Shown in pieces: positions 1 to 15,000 of a stretch of DNA of 64,000 nt. The stretch's first letter is position 1, and every line of letters begins with the position of its first letter. A model generated the notes under the pieces. The model ran no database searches and was not told the origin of the DNA. It worked only from the letters and a program-made list of their open reading frames with translations. The position numbers and the translations under genes were made by a program. The stretch is from an uncultured candidatus Porisulfidus sp. Lineage in GTDB: Bacteria; Pseudomonadota; Gammaproteobacteria; Poriferisulfidales; Oxydemutatoraceae. The stretch lies in contig OZ244052.1 in assembly GCA_965215125.1 (NCBI GenBank), positions 160,001 to 224,000 of the forward strand, written 5' to 3'.

Positions 1-3000
1 CAGATGCGCTGACCGTTGCGGTCGGGGTTTTGGGTGTATTTGAGGGTCGGGTATTGGGTGTTTGTGCCGAAATCCCAATCGGCAATACTCCAATTCGCGT
101 AGATACCGGTGTTGGATATCGGCGTTTGCAGCTGCTCGGTGGTTCGCTTGCCGGCGTTCAGAGATGCCAAACTCGTATCGCCGGTGCCGTCGGTATCGTC
201 GTTCCAATAGTTCGGCGCAGTGCCGGAAACGGTGCTGATCACATTGATATTGTTGCCGCCAAAACCCGCTGCCGTGGCACCGACCGAATAGTTGGCGTTT
301 AATCGTGCAATACTCTCAATGTCGGCGTACGAGAAAAACCCACCGTTGCCGTTGCCGTTTGCGGTATTCCCGCCGCGCACATCGCCGCGCGCATAGTTGT
401 TGTCCACATTAAATATGCCTTCCAAACGACCGGCGAATCCGCCGATGGTATCGGCGGCGGTGCCGACCCCGGTGACCGAACCGAGCGCAAAGCTGTTTGA
501 TATCGTACAGCCGCTACATCTGCCGACCATGCCACCGGCGGTGTCTGCGGCTACCGACACCGCAACATCGGTGTGGCTGTTGATGATCTGCCCCGAGTTG
601 TCGCCGACCAAGCCACCGACCCGATTGGCGGCGAATGTTGTGCCGGCCGCATCGCTGTTGAAAACCGCACCCGAGTTGTTGCCGACCAAACCACCGACCT
701 CGTCACCCCCGGAAATCGCCCCGACCATAGAACCACCGACGACGGTACCGGCGTTGTTGCCGGCCATCGCACCGACACGATTATTGCCTTCTATCCGTAC
801 ATTCGGCAGGCTTAGGTTGCGTACCGTAGCACCGCTGCCGATGCTACCGAACAGGCCTTGATTATCTTCACCGTCGCGGTTGATGCGCAGACCGGAGATG
901 GTATAACCGTTGCCGTTGAATTCTCCGCTGAACGGTGTGCTACTATTGCCTATCGGTGTCCAACCGGTATCGGTTGCGTCGTTGAAGTCTGCGACCGCCC
1001 AGTCGCGGTTTATTTCTTTTAAGGCATAACTCTCCACATCGCCGAAGTCCAAATTGCGTAGCAATTCGTATTTGCCGCCGAGTTCGTTGCGTATCGCATA
1101 AAGTTCGTCCAGATTGTAGATCTCGGTGAACCCGTTGCCGTCGCGGTCGCTCAGTTCGCTTTGGTAGCGAATATAGAGCGGATGCTCCACGGTCGGAGTG
1201 CCGACGACCTCCAGCACGATGCGATTGACACCCTCGGCTATGGCAATCGGTGCGCTGGTGGCACCACTGGTGATGCTTTGGTCGGGATTGCCGCGCTTGT
1301 CTTTGACGGTGCCTACATAGATATTGACGGTCGCACCGGCTTGCATTGCCGTCGGGATTAGCCGCACCGGGCTACCGTAGACCTCGCCGAAATAACTGCC
1401 GTGATATTTGTGATTGCCCTCTCTGAAAGACGGAGTCAGACCGCCTTCCGCCAACCTTACATCGCTTAAGCCGTGACGGAGTTGTGCCTCTATTAGGCTA
1501 CCGCAGTTCGGCAACCCGTCGCCGCCGCAAGCACGCATCACATCGGTGCCGGTAGACTGGGCATATTTGAGGACCGGGTATTGCTCGGCGGTGCCGAAAT
1601 TCCAGTTGTCGGTGCTCCATCCGATATATACATCGGGACTGCTTGCGCCCGGTGCGGTCGGCGATTGCAGGTCAATCGTGTTAAGCCCGACCAGCCCGGA
1701 ACCGCTACCGAAACTTTGGCTTTGACCGCTGCTTTGCCGATCCCAATAGCTTGCGGTGATGCCATTCTCCGTCAATAGCCCGGCAAGCCCGACAAAACCA
1801 CCGACAAAGACACCGGAACCCGACACCCCGGATATGGCATAACTATTGCCGATCGTCGTTCCGGTAATAAAACCGGCAAAACCACCGCCGGGAACGACAA
1901 ACCCGATTTCGGCAACATCTATAGAACCCATCGCATAGCTATTGACGATCGAGGTGTTTGCAGCCGCACCCATTAATCCCCCTGCGTAGCTGTCGGCTCT
2001 GATGGCGACCGCAGCATAACTATTAGCGATCGTTGTCCGAACGGTATCACTGTCCGACCGTCTGCTACCGATAAGTCCCCCTGCATTTGCAATACCACCG
2101 CTAATCTCACCATAAGCTCGGCTGTTGATTATCGCGATAGAACCGGCCGCCGAACCTACCAATCCGCCGTAGCTCGACAAACCGCTGCCGAGTGCCTCTA
2201 TATAAATACCGGCATGACTATTGATGACTTCGCTACGATCCGACCCTTGCGGTGTTACACCGAATAAGCCACCGACATTGCTACCGCCGGCGGTGATCTC
2301 ACCGACTGCATAGCTACCGATAACGGCACCGGCGTTGCTGCCTGCCAATGCACCCACATTAGCGGCGGCTTTGATGTTGACCGCAAGCAGACCGAGGTTG
2401 CGCACCGTACCGTCGCCACCGATGGTGCCGAATAAGCCTTGATTATCGGCATTGCGGTTGATTTGCAAACCTGATATCGTATAGCCGTCGCCGTTAAACT
2501 CACCGGTGAACGGCGTGGTTGCATCGCCTATCGGTGTCCAACCGCTATCGCTTGTGCGGTCGAAGTTTGCCACCGTCCACTCGGCTTTATTCAATGTCGG
2601 GTTTGCATAGCTCGCATCGTTAGAGAAATCCAAATGCCTGATCAGCAGATAGCTACCGCTCGGGTTGTTGCGTATTGCGTCGAGGTCTTCCAGCGTCGAT
2701 ACCAAAGCATACGGGTTGCCGTCGCTATCCGCAGGGATATTCTTATAGTTCAGCGACAGTTTATATTGATCCACACCGCCGGGACTCCCTTCGCTGCCCG
2801 GCGTTATGACTTCGATGGCAACACCGGTCGCATTATTTTCGCTCAGCCTGATCTCATCGCTCGTTGCGCTACCAATCATACTCCGACTACGACCGGTTTC
2901 GTTTCCTTGTGCGTCAAAGCTGATGAAGCGAATCCGCGCTGCCGAGTTTGTTGCAACCGCAACCAGCCGTATCGTGGATCTGCCGCTTTCTACCACACCG

Positions 3001-6000
3001 GCATAATTGCGATAGCGAAAGTCAAACGACGGGTTGAACCGAACTCTATTGTTTGAAGAGCGCAATGCGCTCAGAGCCCGACGCGCAATGGGTGTACCAC
3101 ACACCGGCAAACCTGCACCGCCACAAGCTTGGGTGCCATCGCCGTCAACATCGGGGTTTTGGCTGTATTTCAGAACCGGGTATTGGTTGTCATCTCCGAA
3201 GTCCCAATCGTCGCTATTCCAGTCGTAATAGGGTGCTTCGGGATTACTCGTCTGTGCTTCGCCGGCTTGCAGGTTGGCAGTATTGACGGCAAAGGAATTC
3301 AAAATGTGTGCAGCACTCTGTGTAGTCGCTACGATAGGCAACGACGATCCATCGGAGTTTGAGTAGCTACGCGCAAGGGTACCACTCAAGGTACCTACCA
3401 AGCTCGCTGCTGCACGATCGCCCGTCATGACGCTATAGCTGTCGGCTATAATCGGCGATGTTGTGGTTGTGATGCCGACTAAATTGCCCGAAGATAGACC
3501 ACTGCTACCACCACGATAAACACCTGCCACATAGCTATTCTCTAGTTCTCCGACAATACCGACCAAGCCACCCGACTGCCCCGTCGCATATAGGTTAAGG
3601 GTTGCATAGCTGTTGCGGATTTTACCGCTTGAAAGACCGGCGAGCGCGCCGGTTCCTAGATTTGAACCACCTTCGTGCCTGAGCTCTCCAACGAAATGGC
3701 TATTGAGTATCAGCCCGGTATTGATGGCACTCAACCCGCCGCTATAACCTCGACCGGCAAGCGCATGGCTCACATAGGCAAGCGCATGGTTGTTGATGAT
3801 TTCACCAAAGTTGATGCCTACAAATCCGCTCTTGTTGGTCGCACCGCGCACCGTGCCGTGCGTATGGCTACCGATAATCGTACCGTCGTTCGTGCCTGCC
3901 AATATGCCGACACCTCTACGCAATGAAAAATCGCCGTTGCGGTCTTCTATCCTCGCATCCAAGATGCCGAGGTTGCGAACCACTGCAGACGCGTCGATGA
4001 TACCGAATAAACCCTTGTCGGTTGCGCCGTCATTGTTGATGCGCAGACCCGATATCGTATAGCCGTTGCCGTCAAAGGTGCCGCTGAACGGTGTCGTTGC
4101 GTCGCCTATCGGTATCCAGCCGCTATCGTCGGAATCGGCAAAGTCTGCCACCGTCCAAAAGGCTTTGAGTGCCGGGTTGCGATAGCTCGTATCGGCTGCA
4201 AAATCAAGGTCGCGTACTAATATATAATTTGCATCCAAACGAGTGCGCACCGCATCGAGATCTTCAAGCCATACGATCCGAGCAAAGTTCAGATATCTCA
4301 AATACAACGAATACTCTATCGTGGTCGCGTTGACCGCACTCGGCTTTATTTCAACGATAACATGATTGACAGCTGCCGGATTCAGCGTGATCGGTGCACT
4401 GGTGGCACCGCTACGATACACGCCACCTACCTGCGTCCTGCCTTCGCTACCGACGAGATAAAATCGGATCTCCGCTGCCGGATCGGACACCGTCACTACC
4501 AAGCGAGGGTTGTCGGCAGAAGATACAGTCGCTCTGTAATAACCGAGATCGGCATTAAACGCCGGCGATAATTCAGCGTTTACCGAAGTTATATTTTGCA
4601 ATAAATTTTGGCGCAGTTGCGGTGAGATTAAATCACCGCATCTCGGTAGACCTTCGCCGTCGCATATCCGAACGCTGCCGGTGCCGGCCGGTTGCGCGTA
4701 TTTGAGAGTCGGGTATTGCGCATTGCTACCGAAATCCCAGTTGTCGGCACTCCAGTTTATATAAATACCGGTTGCATCGGTCGGTAATTGTAGTTCTAGT
4801 GTCGTGCGTGCGGAACCGCGTGCACTCATCGCTTGTCCACTCGTGCCGACATCCCAATAGCTATAGAGAACGGTGCCCGAACCTGCTCCGACTAAACCGC
4901 CGACAGCGGATACCCGACGACCGGACACCGCGGCGATGGAATAACTCGCGCGTATCGTGTCGCTACCGAATAGCCTACCAACCAAACCACCCGTTGCATC
5001 GGCACCGTTGCCGTTAACCGAACCCGCCGCATAGCTACTGTCGATTTCGCCGGCAGCTTCCTTTAGACCGACAAAACCACCTATGGCTTGATTATCGTCG
5101 CCGGCAACGGCAATCACATTACCGCTCGCATAGCTGTTATAGATACCACCCTTCGTTTGTACACCGACGAAACCTCCGACGAAACTTTGACCCGAGACGC
5201 TGCCGATTGCATAGCTACCGATGACCGAAGCATCGCTGGCACCGACCAAGCCGCCGACTTTGCTTATGCCCGAAACATCGACAACCGAATGGCTGTTGAT
5301 GATCCAACCCACTCCCGGATGTGCGCCGACCAAACCACCGACGGTGTCGGCTGCCGAAACTTCGCCGACCGCATAGCTGTTACGGATGCGTCCTCGGTTC
5401 TCGCCGACCAGCGCAGCGACCCGATTCCGGCCTTGTATTTTTACACCGTTCAAGCCTAAGTTGCGTACGAAACTGCCGTGACTAATCCGACCGAACAGGC
5501 CCTGTTCGTCGGCATCGTCTCGGTTTATTTGCAAATTGGATATCACAAAACCATTGCCGTCAAAGATGCCGTCGAACGGGTTGTCGGTATCGCCGATCGG
5601 CAACCAGCCGCTATCGCCGGTATCGTCAAAATCGTCCACCGTCCATGCCGCCTTATTCGCTGGGGTTTCATAGCTCGCGTCGTTCAGAAAATCCAGATTT
5701 CGGCTTAATTTGTAGCTACCGTCGAGGTTGTTGCGTATTGCGTAGAGGTCTTCGAGCGAGTCTATAGTGACGACGATTCTGGGTTCGTATTGTAGATACA
5801 GCGGGTATTCCACGGTGGGTTGTGCGGCGATACTCGGGTTGATCTCAACGACGATGTGATTGATCGCATCCGGCTGTAGCGAGATTGACGCACCGACATC
5901 GCCGCTGCCGATTGCACCGCCTATGGCGGTTCTACCTCTGCCGTCAACTCGATAGATGTTAATCTCGGCATCGGGGTCATAAGCGGTCGGTATCAGGCGG

Positions 6001-9000
6001 ATCGTTCCACGCTCGGCGCGTATAACGCCTAAATAACTGCCGAAGTTTTTGCGTGTGCGGTCGGTGAATGGCGGTGATAACACATCGTCGCCGGCCAGCG
6101 TTAAATCTTGCAGACCGTAGCGGATCTGCGGGGCAATCGGATTGCCACACTTCGGCAACCCGTCGCCGTCGCAAGCGCGCATGACATCGGTGCCGGTAGA
6201 TTGGACATATCTGAGGATCGGGTATTGCTCGGCTGTGCCGAAATCCCAGTTGTCGTTATTCCAATTGTAATAAGCAGCATCGGGTGCGGTGTTTTGTGCA
6301 ACACCTGCTTTGAGTTGCATTGATGTTTGGGTGCTGGAATGTATTATCGTGCCGCCGCTACCGATACCGAGACCGGGGTTGTTATCGGCATCGCCGAGTG
6401 CATAGGTGGATATCACTCGATTGGCCGGGGAAGCGGAGCCTTTGATACCGCCTCTGACTCCGGCAATGTTGCCTACTATCTCGCTGATCGTATAACTATT
6501 TTGTACGGTAGACCTAGTGCTTACTGCCACTATACCCCCGACAATATCGGTGCTACCGACGGTTGAAATAAGACCACTGGTATAGGTGTTTTCAATCAAC
6601 GAACCGACAGCCTGAGAGGCTGCCAATCCACCGACGAAATTTCGGCGACTACTTAGCGTTAGATTCAGCTCCGCATAACTATTCAAAATCTCGGAAGCAT
6701 TATCTGCGACTAAACCACCTATGGCATTCCCGGCATCTACCACCTCGGGGTTGACGATGGTGCCGGCGTAGCTATTCAGAATCAAACCGCTATTATTCGA
6801 TGCCAAGGCGGCAAAGGAGCGAGTGTCCTCCGCAGCGATAACCGCGGCATGGCTATTGATTATCTCACCGTAGTTGTCGGCAACCAGACCGGCAGCTCGG
6901 ACATTGCCTGCTATAAAATTGCCGGTGACATAACTGCCGATAATCGTGCCGTAATTAATTTGAACCAAGCCGGCGGCACTTTGCGGAGCATCGAGGTTCT
7001 GCTCGGCTTGTATTTTTGCGTTCAGCAGTCCGAGGTTGCGCACCACCGCACCTTGCGCAATCGCACCGAACAAAGCGATACGGTTATCAAAGTCGGGTGC
7101 GCCTCTAACAGTCAAATCGGCACCGATCTGCATATTGGATATCGTATAACCGTTGCCGTCGAAGGTGCCGGTGAAACATCTGCTCTCTTCGTGGCTACAA
7201 TCCCGAAGTTCGCCGGTGTCGGTGTCGTAATACACCTGCCCGATGCCGTGCCAGCCGAGGTGTGCGCCGATTTCGGCTTCGTCAACCAACCAGTCGCGAT
7301 TGACGATAGCCGACCTATAGCTACTCGAGTCGCTAAAATCCAAATGGCGGGTTAATCTATAATTTCTGCTTAAGCTATCCGAGTCGTCGTTTATCGCCGC
7401 AAGGTCCTCCAGATAGCGAATGTCGATCGGTAGCGGTTGGGCCAGGTTCAGGTCCAGCGTATATCTGAACCCGGCAACCCCGATTACATCGAGGGCAACC
7501 TCCACGACGATGCGGATACTCTCTCCGCTTAAAGTGATCGGGGCAGAAGTCTCGCCGCTTGCTAAATTGTCTCCCAGCCGTACCTCGTCGCTACCGATAT
7601 AGATTTTGGCAATGGTGCCGACACTGGTCATTGTCGTAGTCAATCGTATGACGCCGTCGCCGTCGCCGTCGGTTACCGTGCCGACGTATCGCGGAGAATC
7701 GGGATCAAATGCAGGGCTTAACGTATCCGCACCGACCAACTCAAGATCGGTCAAGCGGTAGCGTCGTTGCAGTGCTATCGGGGTGTCGCAGTCCGGTGTA
7801 ACCAAAGTACCACAGGCATTGCCGTTGCGACCGGTGCTGTGTTTGAGGATCGGGTATTGCGTATTGGTGCCGAAATCCCAATCGGCGGTACTCCAGTTTG
7901 TGTACAACTCGGGGCTCGTCGCATTCGGGCCGATCGGTGAGCGTAGTTGCGCCGATGTCCTACTTATACCTCCTTGACTAGAAGTCCCGGCATCCCAATA
8001 GCTTCTGGTTATATCAAAAGTACCCACGCTGCTACCGATTAGACCGGTACCTGCCGGTGTGCCTCTCGCATAACTATTGATTATGTCCGAAGCATTATTA
8101 AAACCAACCAACTTAGCACGCGCCCCATCAATTCTACAGGTTCCGCTCAATGCTGTTAAAGTGACATCCGCATAGCTGTTTCTAATCGTACTGATCGTAT
8201 CCGCATTACTACGATTACTGGTAAATTGATTGCCGACCAAACCGCCTACATGGCAATAACCTCTTGCGACCACCTCGGCATAGCTGTTGTGAACCTCCCC
8301 ACCGTTTATATTTCTGCCGACCAAGCCACCCACGTTATGACTGTCGGGGTTGGTGCCGGTTATCACGCCGACTACGGTATCTACCACGAAACTATTATAG
8401 ATGTCTCCGATGTTAACGCCGGCACCGTTATTCCTACCAACCAAACCACCTATGAAATTAGGTTGTCCCGAAGCACTGCCGTCCCCTTCAACCTTGCCAC
8501 CGATGATACCGCTATTCAATATCGTACCGTTGTTATCACCTGCCAGACCGCCGGCCCATAGCACTGCGGTTCTATGCGCTTCAACCCTAATATTTCCGAG
8601 GATCAGATTTCTAACCGTGCCGCCGGTACCTATGGTGTTGAATAAGCCGACGCGACTGATATTATCCCGGTTGATTTGCAGATTGCGGATCGTATAACCG
8701 CCGCCGTCGAAGACGCCGTTGAAAGCACCCCCTATCGGTTGCCAGCCGATATCGCCGGAGTCGCTGAAATCATCCACCGTCCATGTCTCTCTATTTGCCG
8801 GATTACGATAGCTGGCATCGTCTTCAAAATCCAGATTTCGCAATAATCTATAATTTCCGCTAAGGTTGTTGCGTATGTTGTTTAATTCTTCCAGATAGTA
8901 GATTTCTTGAGGCAATCGATAAGTCAGATACAGGTTGTATCCGTATTGTCTAGATAAAGGAACGAAGGGGGTTATTTCTACGACGAGGTGATTCACACCG

Positions 9001-12000
9001 CCGGCCAACTCGATTTCCTCACTGGTTTCACCGCCACCGAAGCGGGCTGTCCATGTCCGACCTCCGTCACCGGAGATGCGAAATTGCGTATTCAGATCTT
9101 CCGATTTCCCGATGAATCGGATCTTATGGTCGGGACCTACGCCGCTAAGCACAGCGTTGAAATTCCGTTTGCCGTCAAAAATGAGCGGTGAGTTTACGGC
9201 CACACCGTCGGACAATTCTAATGCTGCCATAGACGATGGTATCACGCTACCGCAGTCCGGCAACCCGGCACCGTCGCAAACCCGTATTACATCGGTGCCG
9301 CTCGTTTGGGCATATCTGAGGCGCGGGTATCGGTCGTTTTCACGGAAATCCCAGTTGTCGGTACTCCATCGGTAATAGGGCGCAGTGGAGTCGGTGGTTT
9401 GTGGAGTGCCTGATTGCAGTTCTGCGGTGGTGGTGGCGGTGCCGCCTCCGGGGCTTGAAGATTGACCGCTACTTTCGCTGTCCCAGTAGCTGTTGACGGT
9501 GGTGCCTAGTTCGAACATACTCTCATCAAATTCATTTGCTATTAAACCGCCCCGCCGTGACGACTCCGTACTTTGCGGCACGGCACCGGTTGAATAACTA
9601 TTGATAATTATTCCTTCTTCGCGGGAGCCGCTTTCTATTACATTTTGACCGGCTAAACCGCCTATACTAGCCACCCCGGCGGTGGTTATAGGTCCCGTTG
9701 CATAGCTATTGCGGATGGTAGTTATATTAAAACCGACTAAACCACCTGCAACTATATTGCTGTCGGCACCGTTGATTTGAACGCTCGCATAACTGTTGCT
9801 AATAGTACCTACATTGCGGTTTATATTATCGGCACCGTTAGATCCGACTAATCCCCCGAGAAAACTAAAAGAACGCTGCGTGGGTTGATGCGAGATAGTG
9901 CCGATTGCATAACTGTTGATGATATCGCCTGTTAGCCTAGCCGCGTTGCGAGCGACTAATCCTCCGATGCTGGCTCTCTGGTTGATTAACGCTCCGCCCT
10001 CTACGGCTGTCATATTAACAACCGCGTAACTGTTGGCAATTAGACCTAGGTTTTCGAGGACTAGACCTCCGGCCGAAGCCAGTCCCGACGAGCTAAACGA
10101 CATTGTGCCGGTTACATAACAACCGAGGATAGTACCTTCGTTTATATTAACCAACACACCGGGTGGGAAGGTCTGGGGTACTCGTATGTCGACATCGGTC
10201 AAGCCGAGGTTGCGCACAATCGCACCTGCCCCGGCTCGAAAGAATAGCCCGTTCTTTCGCGTTTGCAAGTTGGATATTGTAAAACCGTTGCCGTCAAAGG
10301 TGCCGGTAAATATCTCACCCGTAGATATAGGCTCCCAGCCGGTATCGTCGGGGTCGTTAAAGTCCACCGTATATTGCGCTTTGTTCGGCAGATGGCGATA
10401 GCTGGCATCGTCTTCAAAATCCAGATCTCTCGTCAAGCAATAATTACCGGCTAGGTTTAGAGGGTGGTTGCGTATTGCGTCGAGGTCTTCGATATAGTTG
10501 ATTCGAGTGAAAGAACTCGGGCACGATACGATTGCCGAGGGCGGCGGTGCAGGCGGGGTGATGACGGCACGGTTGAGCGTGACGAACTGGCGCGTCACTC
10601 GGCTACCCCTGACTACTATCATCAGACGCAGAGTCGGTGGGAGAAACGCCCCTCTGACTTCGGTAAATGTCAACAATATGCTGGGTTCGCCGTTTGCAAG
10701 ACCCGACTGCAACAGGGTTTTGCCGTCTGCAGCGTAGATATCAATGTCGGCATCGGCTTCATAGGCCGAGGCAATCAGGCGAATCTCGTTGACCCCACCG
10801 GCTACTTCAACCTCGCCTAGATAATCACCGCCGATGAACGGTGTGCGCAAATTGCCACCGACGACGCTCAAAGATCCCAAGCCGTGGCGTAGTGACGGCG
10901 AGATGAGCGTACCACATTCGGGCATGCCCGGCGCATCGCAAATCGGTTCTGCATCGGAGTCGGGGTGCGGCGCATATTTAAGGACCGGATATTGCCGGGC
11001 GGTTCCGAAATCCCAATCGTCGGGGCTCCAGCCGAAATACACCCCGCCGGCGTTCCTGTCCTGTGCCGTGCCTCGCTGCATCTCCTGCGTGTTTTTGCCG
11101 GTGCCACCGGCACTCGTGGTTTGACCGCTGGCTAAAGTGTCCCAATAGCTCGATTCAACGCTAGAACCGTCTGCGCTCGATGCAATTAATCCACCGCGAA
11201 AGCCGGTATTGTCGGCAGATGCTACCCTTGCGGTTGAATAGCTGTTGCGTATGATACTATTAAAGTGTTGCCTACCGACCAGCCCGCCGATTAAGGAGGC
11301 CGGGTCATTTACAACTAAACTAAAACCCGAACCCGATGCATAGCTATTGACGATCCGACTCGTCTGAGAACCTCCTACCAATGTTCCGGTACGAGATGAT
11401 CTATGGAGAAAATTATCAATATCGGCAACCGCATAACTATTAATAATCCTAGAGTTTACTATCCCACCGACTAAACCGCCGGTCCGATAGAAACTGGCTC
11501 TGATTTTGCCGATCGCATAGCTGTTGATAATCAAACCACCTTCCGACATGCGCCCAACCAGAATGCCGTATCTAGAATCGTTCCGGAAATTGAATAGGAA
11601 GTGTGTTATGTCCATGAATGCACTGCTGTTGATAATCTCCCCACCTCGGTTGTGACCGACAAGACCACCTATACTACTTCCTACGAAAGAATTTATCTCA
11701 CCGATTTGGCCCTGCACATGGCAGTTGATAACCTTTCCGCTATTGACGACCGCCAAACCGCCACTATCCCCAATAAATCCGCTGATCCCTGCAATCTCTA
11801 GTGTTGCTATTCTGAGATTGCGTATCACACCCGAATTATTAAGGAATAAACCTCTATCGCGGCTTGCAAAGTTAAGGTTAAAGATATTTATTTGTAGATT
11901 GTGGAGTGTATAACCGTTGCCTTCAAAGGTGCCGGTGAACGGGCCGCCGGCTATGGCTGACCAGCCGACATCGTTTCCGTCTTGAAAGTCGGATACCGTG

Positions 12001-15000
12001 TATGCGGCTTTGTTGATCGCCGGGTTGCGATAGCTATCGTCATCCTCAAAATCCAGATCACGGCTCAGTTCGTAACCGAAACAGCCACCGTCGGGGCAAC
12101 CGCCGGTTATCCTGCTTGCCGTGCGACTTGCACGATAAGCACTGCCGTCGAGCTGATGGCGCACCGCGTTAAGGTCTTCCAAATGATATATCTCTATCAG
12201 ACCGTTGCGGTCTTTATCCGCCACCGGCAGCGGTGTCGATGTCAAGATGTTGTCGTAGCCTTGCCCGTCTATATAAGCCACTTGCAGGCGGTAGCGGGCA
12301 GGCGGGGCGGCGTGCGCGCCGATATCAAACATCGCATCGGTTGCACCGTTTATGTTTGTCCAGCTACCGGTCCGGTCGGATTGCCATTGATACGCCAAAC
12401 CCTTAGCGGCATCGGGTGCCTCGCCGTCGGGATCCAAGGTGGTGATTTCCGACGCCGCAAGCGATTGCAATAGCGAAGTGCCTTCCACATAGGTCGGCGT
12501 TGTCAAGGAACCGGTACCGTTGTCCAGCTTGGCAACGACAAAGTTGTCGGATGCGACTGCGGTGTTGCCGAAACCGTCGCTCACCGTCACCGAGAAACTC
12601 AGCACGATTTGCATCTGCGACGGCGGTACAAAATCGGTCGGTATCTCTAGGGTCGGTTCGCCGCCCACTGCGTTTGCGAATAAATCGTATTGAAGCGGCG
12701 AGTTTTGGCTCCATGTGTGAGATAGGGGAACGAAATCCGGAAAATCGGTGACAGTGATGCTAAAACTCCGACCTTCTTCCACTCGTTTGCCGGGCAGATC
12801 CAAACGCACACTCGCAGTAAGGCTACGAATGATTTGCACGCTATAGCCTCGTGCGATAACCAGATTGGTAGGGGCAGGTGCGGCGTTGAGATTGATGGAT
12901 ACATTATCATTGCTACCGGTTATTGCTATTGCCGAACCGATATCGCCGACTTCGGCGACGACAAATCGGGCATCGCTGTCGCTTGCGGCAACATCCAAGC
13001 TGATCGTGGTCGGGGTGTTACCGACCACGACATAGTAGTTGTAAATATTCGGGTCAAATGCAGGGATTAAGGTGAATCCGTCGACGGCTATGTTTTGCAT
13101 GCGCACGAGCTGCTGCGACGGGATGTTGCCGGCGGAGTCCTTGAGTGCCGGGTATTCGCTGTCGGCACCGAAATCCCAATCCTCGGTGCGCCATTGGTAA
13201 AAAGCCTCGGATTCGCGCACGCCGGGTGCGGTGGGTAGTCTGAGGTCGGCAAAACCGATGCCACCGGCACTGGAGTCGATGCCGGTTGCGGTGATATCCC
13301 AGTAGCTGTTCAGAATTATGCCGGAGTTGCTGCTTCCGATCAAGCCACCGACATCGCTACCGTTTGCCATCACTTGCCCGGCCGCATAAGCGGTGCCGAT
13401 AGCACCGCGGTTCTCGCCGATCAAGCCACCAACCCGGTCGGTGCCTCGCACCGAGTTTTGCGCATAGCAGATATTGGCCGTGCCTCCGTGCTTGACGCCG
13501 ATTAAGCCACCGACCTTGTCGGTACCGGAGACTTGTGTGCCGGCAGCATAGCTTTGGCTTATCGTCGTCCCGGTGGTTTCGCCGATCAGACCACCGACAT
13601 TGTCCACTCCGGAGACTCTAGGGTTGACGGCATAGCTTTGGCTTATCGTCGTGGCAACGGCTGTGCCGATCAAACCACCGACATTGTATACATCGTTGTC
13701 TACCGCAGGGTCGGTGCTGTTGTCCCCGATAACCGAACCCGTTGCATGGTTAACGGCAAGGTCGCTTCGATAAAGACGGCCGGCTAAGCCGCCGACACTG
13801 TGGGCAGTACCCGACACATCGCCACCGGCATTATTGCGCCTCAACACGGTGTCCTCGGCACTGCCGACTAAGCCACCGACATTATAGGCACCTGCCACAT
13901 CACCGACGGCGTCGTTGTCGTTGATGGTGCCGGTGTCGCTAAACCCGACCAAACCGCCGGCGTGGGTAGCCTCGCCGGTCACATTGCCACTCGCCCGACT
14001 GTCGGTGATTTCGGTGTCCTCAATATGCCCGACCAGACCACCTACCCGTGCGGCGTTGCTGCCCGTTGCGATAACCGAAGCGGTTGCCGTGCTACCGATA
14101 ATCCGCGCCGTAGCGGCACGACCGATCAAACCGCCGACATCGGTGTTGCCGACGACACGACCGTCGGTGAAACCATCGACGATGACACGCACACGCACGG
14201 TTGATGTCGTCGGGTTTGCCGCGATGTCGCCTAATATACCGACCAAACCACCTATGTTACTGTCGCCGCTCACCGTGATATCGGTCGCCGCGCTTTCGGC
14301 AATGCGCTCGCCTATATAAAAGCCGACCAAACCACCCACTCGGTTATCGCCGGAAATCTCGCTACCGTCCACCGTGCCGTCGGTGACGACACCGGAACCA
14401 TGACCGACCAAGCCACCGATGTTGCTAACACCCGAAACATCGCCGCTTGCACTGCCGTCTGCTATTGCAACATCGCCGAAACCGACCAAGCCACCGATGT
14501 AATTACCACCTATAACTTCGCCGTACGCCGAAGTTTCGGCAATGCGAGATACGCTCTCGGCAACATCTATGTCTGCTTCCAACGCACATTCACGGGTGCC
14601 GATTTTGCGTGAGCAAGCGTAGCCGACTAAACCACCTGCGTAGTCGCCGGCGACCAGCACATCGGAATACGATTCGTTACCGATTATAGAACTTATCGTG
14701 TAAGCTACCAAGCCACCTGCATAGTCGTTGCCGTATACCTTGCCGCGGCTCTCGTTATCTACGAGTAGACGGCTGGAATTAAAACCAATCAAGCCGCCGA
14801 CCCGGCTCGCACCCAATACATCGGTGGATACAAAATTATCGCTTACACTGCCGTCGTTATCACCGATTAAGCCGCCGACGGTGTCACCGTGGCGGACGAC
14901 CGTGGCGATTTGTTCCGCTTCCGCACAGTCGTTTGATTGCCGATTATTGCGACAACGTCTTTCGGTGATGCCGGCGGAAATTGTTTGCAGTAATATATTA